Assembly: GCA_965637545.1 (NCBI GenBank)
Contig: OZ281497.1
Coordinates: 20,150,001-20,214,000 of the forward strand
Direction: 5' to 3'
DNA: 64,000 nt
Origin: Phallusia mammillata
Taxonomy: Eukaryota
A model generated the notes under the pieces. It saw nothing but the letters and a program-made list of their open reading frames with translations. It had not been told where the DNA came from and did not search any database. The position numbers and the translations under genes were made by a program. Positions 53,973-64,000 of the stretch are shown one piece after another; position 1 is the first letter of the stretch; each line of letters starts with the position of its first letter.

Positions 53973-56331
53973 GAGTTAAAGATGTTTAAAAAATCAAAGT
54001 ATACTTTTCAATCAGTTTTCGCAACGTACACCTTCTGTTACGGCCTTGTTCGACCCACTACGAACGTTACCTTTCAACCCAGCAAATTAAAAACTCATCG
54101 GAAAGACTTTCACCTTTGGTTTACCTTGTTACAGTCACGTGTCAGAAGTCAAATTCTCCAACCAATGAGGTGTGTATCAAGGGCCCGTTGCGTTTCCTAA
54201 ATCACGTCCCGTAAGGCGCGAAGCAATGTAATTTATCCAACACAACTACTGATTAGTGCTTGATGTGCTCTCTGTGGGCCTTGTTACTCAAGATTGATTT
54301 CGTGCCGATCGCCTTGACGACAATGGCATGGGGAATCGCTTGGAATTATGCGTTAAATTGGAAACGATTCGACGCAGACCAAACAATTGTTGTTCTGGGA
54401 TGTTAGATCAGCTTTTTAGGCAGTGAGTGTGTTGACCTGCGGGGTCGGAAGCGATGATTTAGCTTTTCAACATAAAATATGCGAATTAGCAAACAAAAAA
54501 GTGTCTATATAATATTGGCGCGTGTAAAAGATTTACGAAACGTACAGCGTTCGTTGGTGCTTATTTTTGTACTGGAAACAAGTTTACTTTGCCAAACTCT
54601 GCAAGGTGACTTTTTGAAACGACGGATTGAAATTATTAAGTAAACGTATATGACAGTATAGTTTGAATATTTTTTTCTATTACGAGTTGCTTTTTTATTG
54701 TTATTTTTACTTTATTCTGATTTGTGTGCTTTGGGCTTCGAGGTTAAATTTTGAATCAACCCAAGCGGTGATTTTGGAACGAATTTTTTCATCGGGTTTA
54801 GAAACGTTTGTCAAACCCGCTTATCACAAAACACTGGAAGTGCATTAGAGAAAACGCTTTTTGTCATGATTTTAAACGGGTATATCAAAACTTTTCAAAT
54901 TTAAGGGCATTTTTTCGGATCGCAGGTTCAATAAGCTTTCTATTTTCACAGGATGACGTAACCTTAAACATTTCATTATATAAAGGTTTGTAAATAGTGA
55001 GTGGCTACATTATACCTGGTTTTGCTGACTGTAGAGTTGGCTGACTGCAGAGAAACTGGATATTGGCAATGCAAGTGTGTGCATCGTAGTTTTATGGAGC
55101 ATTCTATTTAACTTAATACACCGAGCTTGAAATTCTCACAAGACAAAATATATCGGGGACAGTTTGCTTAAATGCACTCAGAATCGTTGCGACTTTGTTT
55201 TAGGCAATGTGCAAAATAATATTTGCAGACCGCTTTCGTAAGGCGTATACTGTTGTTCCTTTGTCGTTTGATTTTGGAAGGTTCGGCCGTGTATAAAGCA
55301 CCATCGGTATCATTAGCCTGTCTTCCATTGTATTCGGCGGCCTTAAGCTCGCGAAAATGTCATGTTTATTCCGCATAATCCAATTAAATCGATCCTATCG
55401 AAGCAATCTGGGAGTCATTATGGTCGTCAAATCCAATGCCAGTTATGTTAGCCAGCCAACCGATGCAATCACTTTTACAACCACGAGACCCTAAGGTAGA
55501 TCGAAGGGGCTGTAAACGGCAAATTTGATTGGATTGCGCCAAGTGTGCGCAAACCATTAAGAATCATTAAGATCAGTTTGTTGGTTCTTGTCTGAAGCAG
55601 AAGATCCGACCGCTATTGTTTGTGGCGTTAAGTAACCTACTAGAAAATTTGCTAGGTTTCTATTTTTGGTTTTATTTCTATGCGATTCTATTTACGAGTT
55701 TTAGCTGGCGTCTACAATAGCATAACGTGCTGAATAAAAAAAACGGTCGTAACTTTTTGTTTGTATAATTTTCCGATAGACACCAGATAAAAATTTATGC
55801 AGATGTGTTGGCAAGGGAACGACTATACTATTTTACGCTTTTCTCCAGCAAAACCTCAACAGTTTTGGTTGAGCGAACACCTTCTAAAATAATTCGGCGT
55901 CTTATCGTTAACCGTTTTTACGTGGGCCTGTTGTCTCACTACCCATATTATATGCATTGATTAGCGCTACGTATCTAATGGTGTCGACTAGCAACAGATT
56001 TAAATGCCGAGGTAACTCCAAATTACTTCGTATAGTTGCTACCATCGCGCAATAAGGTAAACTAAGCCGTCGCGTTGGTAACTTTTCATATCGTGCCGCC
56101 GCAAATTATATAAGTTCAATGAAGCAACGGCGAACATAGTAACAACCATTACTCAGTCTACACAGCTTTGTTTTACAGCGTTATGGGGGTATGCTTTCCT
56201 AATACTACTTGAGAAGTCCTAAGATAAGTGCTTAGCAGGGAGTGTCACTTGTACTTGACGTTGATGTATGTTGTCTTCGTGTGATAACTGCATAGTCGCG
56301 ATTCGCCGGCGCTGCATTTCATCACAGCGCA

Positions 56332-59300
56332 ATGACTTATCGAAGCCAGAACTCCGCGTGTCCCCGACCGAACAACAGACAAGCTCAAGCACCAAGTAGC
56401 CACGCGCAGTTAAAACCTGGACCAAGTCTACAAGTACAGCAACATCGTGGGCAGGGACGCCCGTTTGCGATTCGTATCAAGTCGGCGCAGCTTAGTGCAC
56501 ACGCCAGAGAGCGCCTGGCACCTCTGCGAGACCCAAAGAACGCGAAAAACATACGAGTTTGTCCGCACCTTTACCGTACACTGCTGGAGCGGCGCGCAAC
56601 GCGAGGTCATCGACCTATACCTGCCAATATTGTTGCCTTCAAGTGCAATGGGGACCGCGACAGCAGACAGCGAGTCGATCACAATAATCAGAAGAAGTCC
56701 TGTCTTCTCACCATGGCCGAATGGGATCAACTTCGAAATGAGTTGCTCAGACGAAAGAGCGATTCGCCGCAGAAACAAGCTGAAATGTAAGTGTGTGTTC
56801 GTTTTGCTTTTTGCTTAATTTTTCTGGTTTGGACGAAACTTTTGCGTGATAAAATGCGAATTCAATTGATGTGCATTTGAAAGCAAACACGTTGTAGCGA
56901 AGCTCATTCTCGTTTGAAAATTGAGCATATTTTGGTGTGCAACAAGATTTTAGTTTTTTTTAACGGCATTGATATTCAGACTAGAGTGAATTTGCTATCG
57001 GTTACTTTTGTTAGAGTCATTATATAAGTCATTGTTTGTGCATAACTAATTTGAACTTGTAGTCCAAAAAACGGAAGAATTCAACATTTGAAAGTTGTCA
57101 GGTATGAGTGAACTTAGGTGCGTTTTCAGTAGCGTAGTTTGTAGCGGTCTTGCGCTGCTAAATTCAATCCTATAAAACGGTACAATCCAAGCGACAAGGA
57201 CGCAAGTTAAATTAAACAGTAGCGGGCAGGTTTAGTTTTTGCATGCTACAAGTCTCGCTGGAGTTGCACGGGATCGATTAATTCAGTAAGCTTTCGCCCA
57301 GCTATCGTTATTCGATCGACGTTCTATGAGGTCCACAGGGCCCCTAGCGTGCTGTTGTGCCAACCGCCTGTCGTACAGTTGACTTATGAGACAGTGATGG
57401 CTACTGTTCAAGTCATGTTGCAAGTGTATATGCATAGTTTAATTGACAGGTAAGTGGATCAGGCCAGGCTAAGTGTTCCAAAATGGTGTTTGCATCAAAC
57501 GCTGGAAGCTAGTGGTCAATAGTAAGTGGAATAGACTTGTGCGACATTTTGTTTTTTTACATGTTTGTGCATGATGAGTTGTTAGCATATATACACTACG
57601 GCTTAGTCCACTTTGTTTTCGTGATCAATAAAGCACCACACTGCATAAAGGCTTTAAATCATTGCTTGTTAAAATGTACAATGTTTGTAATTTATATATT
57701 GAAAACGTTTGCGTCTAATAGCCTATGTACAAATCGTTAATCACGTAAATGTAACTATAGTTTTGGTGGCACGAGGGTGTGGACTTAGAACAACAACAAC
57801 GTTTTTTCTGTTCGCATTAAACTTCAGCTAATATCTTTCGTGTCAAACCATGGGTACAAGTCGAAGTTCGACATAATTTTGTAGATACGCTGCTAATACC
57901 GACACGATTTCATAAATTATGCAACAGTTGAGTATGACTACATGTATGTTGTTAGCAGTCGTTCTTTATATCCCCCACATAACGTGGTTTCAATTGGGTC
58001 AAAAGGTACGGTTTTATCCAGGTACTAATTTCCTTAAGTAAAGAGCAGGAACCAAGTGTGTGTTAATTAAAGGTGGCGAGGTTATTATTGTATTATATGT
58101 AGTTGGCCATGTGCAGCGTAGCGAATCAGGCGTAACTCAAAGAACAGTAATAACCCTAGCAAACCTAAATCCTTATTTCAGTTGTTGTGTTTTGCCTCCA
58201 GATAGGTAAATTGAACGTTTGATAATCTGGAAGCTTTTGTTGGTCTTGAGTGGCTTAAGTGTCTTTCCAGATAGACCGTAGGCAGCTTTGGCTAAGTTTA
58301 AAGTCATGGCCGAGACAGACTTGAAGATAATAAAGGCCTATTGTGAAGCATTTTACTGCCATGTTTCTCATGTTTAGCTAAAATGCTAAATTGTTTCATG
58401 TTTAACTACTCTTCGCGTTAACGCACCTTTTGATTTGGTACGTATTTTACCACAAATGAATCAACTATTCTTTCCTAGACTTCGTAAGGGAATAAAGTTG
58501 CTTTTTATTTGCATTTATTGATGTTTAGCCTCATTGATAGATAACCGATGTAAATCTTTTTATTTTAGGCGTAACACTAAGACACTGGCGCGACGACTCT
58601 CGAACACTGGAAGTGAAACAGCAAATCAATTAGTTCCCCAAAACGAACACGAAAACAGACTGCTACGCATTGTACCCGGAAAGTCCCGACGTCCGCCGTC
58701 CAGGAGGGAACGCCAGAAGCAGAGAGATTACCGCCTAAAAAAGTGGACGGAAAGCACAGACGAAATTTCCACTTCTACTGAAGAGGCCAGTTTATTTCTG
58801 AGTCAGGAAACCACGGATAAATCTCCCGGTCCGGGAAGACAAACCCGAGAGGAAGGAAGAGTACGGGCCATGAGCAACATGACAAAGATTCTTACAGCTC
58901 TCAATGCGACATCGCCTAGCGATCTGGGTGCAAAGAATCCTGTGCTTGATGAGAAGCGAGCGACATTAAAGACTACGGACAGCGGCGTCTGGTGCGACGG
59001 AGCAATGGAAATTGAAACACCACCCCGCCCCAAACCGCTTAGGATTGTACAGGAAGTACAGGAACATAAGACTCAGTACACGCCATCTGCACAAAACGTA
59101 GAAAGCCCGGTTCTTCGTGATACATTACCTAATAGCCGTCAAAGACGAAAAGTAAAGACAAGTGTGACTGATCAAACATCAAAAAATCTTACTATTAAAG
59201 GTTAGATATACCATTTCTTTAAAATTAAAATTATTGTTGTTCATGTTTTTATGCTTAGAGCAACTTAATAAAAGTTAAATTTATTTTTAAGGTGGTTCCC

Positions 59301-62300
59301 TTTGGATAAACGCGTCTCAACTTCCACCCGAGGATTCCAGCAAAGAGCGGTTAATGGCCGTGGTTGCCAACGTGGCCCTTACAAATAAATGTGAGGACTA
59401 TTTCGAAGATTCCGTGATCCAGCAAAGATTGCCATTTGACCATAGGAGTCCTAAAGTCTCTTCTGATTGTTGCAGAAGAAACAAACGCTTTGAAAGCAAT
59501 TACAAATCAAAAGGCTATCATGAAACGGGTGAACAATATTACGACAAATACGAAACCCCTTCGGACGATCTCTCAGTTCATTACCATTGCGACAATCAGA
59601 CTGTGTCAGAAACCTGTTCTGAGACTTACATTTCAACAGAGCAAAGCACTGTGTCCCATCTTATACATTCTCCCAAAGCGTTCCACGAAGCTCCAGGACC
59701 TTCCATCCTGAAACGCCCCATCTCAAACTACACCGATCCCCACCAAATAAAGACATGCGACGTGAGTTCCTTCAACGGTGTCCGACCCGGTACATGGACT
59801 TATATGTGCGGGTGTTGCGAACCACCGCAGCAGCAAATTTTGGTGGTAAGGGACGATTCCGCCTCAACAAGAACACCCAATCAGCTTCCTGTGATCTACG
59901 AGTGCGTTTGCGCGGAATGCACGCGCAAGAGTACCAACTCCGGGCCCAGGTATTATCAACTGGAAGCTGTGGGAAATGAAACGGCAAATCAACCCCCACT
60001 GGAGAAGGCTAATGTCCCATCAAGAGCAACTGCAGTGGCCCGTACTGAGAAGAGACATCACCATCATTCGCAAGGAAGAGGAAAACACTATCGAGGGTCC
60101 TCGATGCGAAGTTTGGCGAGCACTTTTAGCACAAAGTCTAGGTGAGGAAAAAATTCGTGATTTTAATTAAGGCGTGGTGAACAAAAACCTGATGAAATGA
60201 CATTAACTTAGCTTGTGGGTTCTAATCCTATTTCGGTCTAATATTAACTGATGCAAAAACTGTCGCTCGACGACAAACTAATGATGACCATAATGCGTTG
60301 AGGCATTCTTTCGCTCGCCTAGAGTAAAAATAAACCTTCCATTTGTATTTAACCATCGCCCTTTTTAGTCAAGCTGCGCCTTTATGCAAGTCAACTAACG
60401 GCCTTAAAAAGAAGGGCAAAGGATTTAAGATTACCAATATTGTTTTACCTGTAAATGCCGCTAATTTGCTAAACCTTTGCCACGAAACACAATTTACTTA
60501 TCATCTCAAAGCAGCTTCAAGTAATTGAACATAAAGTAAATCAACGTTTCCATCTGTGGGGCCCATACGTTTATGCAATCCCCAGGGAGATCTATTCACA
60601 ATGATACCTTGACAGGACAAAAGAAATCTAATGATAATGAAATCCGACAGCCCAAATAGAATGGTCAGACGCCTCAATTTCAAACTGTCACATCCCATTA
60701 GGCAACTCCCGTTTTCAAAACAAACCATTTCCAAAGTACCTTTGCATTTTGATAAGCCACTTTCAACTGAACTGTACCTTTAAGTGGATTTTAATTTACT
60801 TAAATTTTGGCGTTTTTAACCAAGCGCGTTTTAACCAAAATAGTAAGTTAATACATACTTTTTAAAATTATTGCTGGACGTAGCAAAAACAATGCCTTAC
60901 AGTAATAGTGCTCACAAACTTATTGTGAAATGGTGAAATAAAACGTTCTTTTTTATTAAAACATTTGGGAAAGTTTCTGTTCATACATAGCCTTATTATT
61001 TCCTTTACCTGTAAAGAAGCCCCTTTACGAAAACAGTTTGGCATGAAACACCAAAGCATAGATATAATTGCAAAAGTATGGAACGCAACTAAGAATCTTA
61101 GTTCATGAACTGTAAGGTTGAATTGAAAGCTATCGGAATATCGATAATCGATCTGCGAGTAAGCAATTTAGCGACGGAAAACATTGTTGTATCGGACAAT
61201 CCTTTTAATCCGATATTGCTAAACCAAACAGACGACATGAATATTTTTGAACTTTATGGTCGACAAAAGCTGCAAATACGCTTGAAAAATGGGAAAAAAC
61301 TTAGGCAAAGACAAGTTAAACATAAGTCTAACATCAACAGATTTTTATCACTTCCAGCAGTCTTTATTATAATATGCCGATGTTTCTAACATGCCGTTTT
61401 AAATCATCTACCATGTACTATTTGTATAGGTTTTTTGTCGGGTCAGATGGCAGTACATATATCAACATATTTTGGTATTGTTTGCAGGTTAGGTGCCTTA
61501 TTCCAATGCTTTAACTGCTTGGACGATGATAGTGAGACGCTGAGTTCGGGTGGTTCAGATAGCGATAACGACGATGGAAATGACGGAGGTGACGAAAGTG
61601 GTAAGTACCGAAGTGAAATCAATTTAACACCAATTTTGCTGAAGGGGTCAGCTCTTGTCTTTCTTAAAAACAGCAACTCAGTGAAAATCTGAACTACTAC
61701 TAAAAACATTTGTCGTTTCCCAACTGCCTGTGTGCACATCGAAGTTTAATTGAAAGTTGTGTTTTTACGCATTTAAAGTTGATTAGCGTATATTGGTTAA
61801 AATTTAAACACAATTTAACACAAAAAATTTAAAAAACATTGGTTGGCTAAATATTGACAATTTGGTCAATAACTTTTTTTGTGAGATCTCGTTGTTTCTC
61901 ACAGTCCCGATGCCGAAACAAACATTCTTGTTGTAGTTCTTGTTATTTACAGAAAGTTAGGCGTTTTCTAACTTTATTAAAAAATGAGAAGAATTAGCCT
62001 TTAAGTGTGATTAAAGCAAACAACACCGTCGAAAATTTATCTTGTTCATGTTGTTTTTACGCTAGTAAAGACGACATCGATTTGAACGCGATCATTTCCT
62101 GAGAAGATTTTATTTGACACTTGGGTTTCTAAGCCATTCGCCATTTAATGTAACCGCTTTATTTAAATTCGACTCGCCGGACTCCTAAAATCGTTGCCCT
62201 CCCTTCGAGGATAAATAATTTATACGCGTGTGTCGTTTCAAAATGTCTATCACTTATTACCGGGGCTTTAAGCTACTATAGTGGGACAGGCAACCCACCA

Positions 62301-63642
62301 TCCCACAAAATCAGTCTTTACCCCAAAACGCCTTTTGCTGTATCAATCTAATTCGATTCGATTTCATTTGGCAAGCGCAGGAGCTATTAAAACCGCCGTC
62401 GGCCTCTTGAAAAATCAGTTGGGCTTATAAGGCTAATAGGTAACACTGCGATTGACGATTTGTCGATATTTCACTATTAGGGTTGCATGACAGATGGTCA
62501 TGAATTACCTTAGTGATACTGCTCACAGACCTAACACTAAGCATTGCAGACAATTATTGAAAACGTGGTGAAAATAAAAATACCTAATTTTTTACTGAAT
62601 TATTTGGAGACGTTTTTGTTTACGCATACTTATGGCAAACTGTGTTATTAGACTTATTTTTCTAAGTTCCTTTTAAGAACCTTTATGTTTAACACCATTA
62701 AGGAATCTTATTACATGTTGCGAACTTATGTATTTTTAACTTTTATATTCATACAGCTTTTTTAATTCCGTTTTGTTTAAATTTATAGAGGGTTATGAGG
62801 AGCACGGTGATGGAGTAAGTATCGATGAGGACTCGGATGGAGGCGATTCTGGAAGCGAATCTGGTGGGGATGTGAGCTTGAATAGCGCAGAGTTGTTTGA
62901 CGACCAAAACAATATGTTTGACATCAAGTAAGTTGACTTAATTAAAACCTTTCTCTTACTCAATTAGTTTGCTTTTTTTGCTCAACCAAGGTGGCACTTT
63001 ATTTGAGGTCACACGCGCTGTGTTATTTCAAACCAAGCGTACACTATGTGTACGTGTACACTATTGGTTGTTTTTACTCTTTTCCTTTTTACCGCTTTAT
63101 TTTCATACTTGATTTTGCTTTTTACCGCTTTATTTTCATACTTGATTTTGCTTTTTACCGCTTTATTTTCATACTTGATTTTGCAAATCTTTTTTTTCAA
63201 CTTTTTTCAACGTGATTATTTTAATAAAATGGTGCTGGTATACGACTATAACGGAGCGAAATTACATATACTCAAACCAAATTACATATATCTTTCAGCT
63301 CTTAATTTATCTCTCAGCTCCTGGAGTAAATTGCACAAGCGCCAATGCTAAGTGTATAGACTTTAGTCTATATAATTCACTGCCAGTGACAAACACTACA
63401 TGGCAATATCACAACGAAGCACTGTTTTTATCGTTATTAGAAACGCAATGGGAGAAGGAGATGAATCTGACGGAGCTCCGAACTCGAACGGATCCGACTC
63501 CGACTCACTTACCGAGTTAAGATCCCGCTCAAAGAAGGGATCCGGGACATCGGATGATGAAGAAGACAGTGACGACTTTGAACTTGATGACGATGATTTT
63601 GAAGATTCATGGGATTCGGTTGCAATGTATGAACGAGAGTGA
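56332..63642 (+). CDS. Uncharacterised ~796-809 aa protein with basic low-complexity N-terminal half, small Cys cluster and D/E/S/G-rich tail
   Basis: Phase-compatible GT-AG exons 56332-56786, (57063-57101), 58569-59200, 59292-60141, 61488-61600, 62789-62927 and 63441-63642 total 2430 nt (809 aa plus stop). No family recognised. Confidence 0.72.
63086..63184 (+). repeat. Tandem repeat, 3 x 33 bp, intronic
   Basis: TTTTTACCGCTTTATTTTCATACTTGATTTTGC occurs three times in perfect copies. Confidence 0.97.
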
Positions 63643-64000
63643 CATTTTTCTTGCGCTCGTTTTAGAAAGACCGTACTCAAGTCGGCGATGATGACAGGCA
63701 GCTCGTATATGCGTCTCAGCATAAATCATGTAATGGATTTTTGCTGGATACGAGGATAAAAATGATTCCGAAACACAATAGAACCATATGCATGTACTTT
63801 TATAGAAATGCGGTGAGTGCATTTTTGGTAGTCACACATCGTGAGACCAATGAGTTTAATGAACATTTTTTTAATACAAAACCAACGCACTATATGCTAT
63901 TGCTGCCAGGCATAATATCAAGTTTGTAGAGCTCTTCTGGCAAATGTAACTTTATTCCGACGTTTCAACGTCCTATACAGGTCGTCTTCAGCTCTAGAAA

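Noticed and set aside
51700-55600. Several 60-85 aa ORFs between ISY1 and the orphan gene
   Set aside because: No recognisable homology and no consistent chain of splice sites.
60501-61060. Possible nested antisense gene in the orphan gene's intron
   Set aside because: The splice combinations tried either hit stop codons or lacked a start codon, and no domain was recognised.
63009-63200. ORF with repeated KIKYENKAVKS
   Set aside because: It is a translation of the 33-bp intronic tandem repeat.

Overview
AT-rich, intron-containing animal genomic DNA with short GT-AG introns and compact genes. An ascidian/tunicate origin is inferred from the compact layout, the LDLa-GPCR type and the mosaic CpG content; it is not proven. 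Minus-strand genes, left to right: a matrin-type zinc-finger protein with an RSPP-rich region, SEC61A1, EEA1, an LDLa-repeat class A GPCR without detectable LRRs, and NGLY1. Plus-strand genes: an intron-containing tRNA-Leu(CAA), HS2ST1, ISY1, and an unrecognised 6-7 exon gene of about 800 aa with an acidic tail. About a dozen non-autonomous hAT elements are present, most with 8-bp target-site duplications. Top leads: (1) a perfect 21-bp inverted repeat in the matrin-like 3' region that overlaps or abuts candidate splice sites; (2) the LRR-less LDLa-GPCR with an ~85-aa ECL2 insert and altered activation motifs; (3) the orphan gene whose stop codon overlaps a splice donor; (4) a 60-nt pre-miRNA-like hairpin; (5) an intronic tRNA-like Pol III unit; (6) mid-gene CpG switches. 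Gene models were assembled by eye and no database searches were run.
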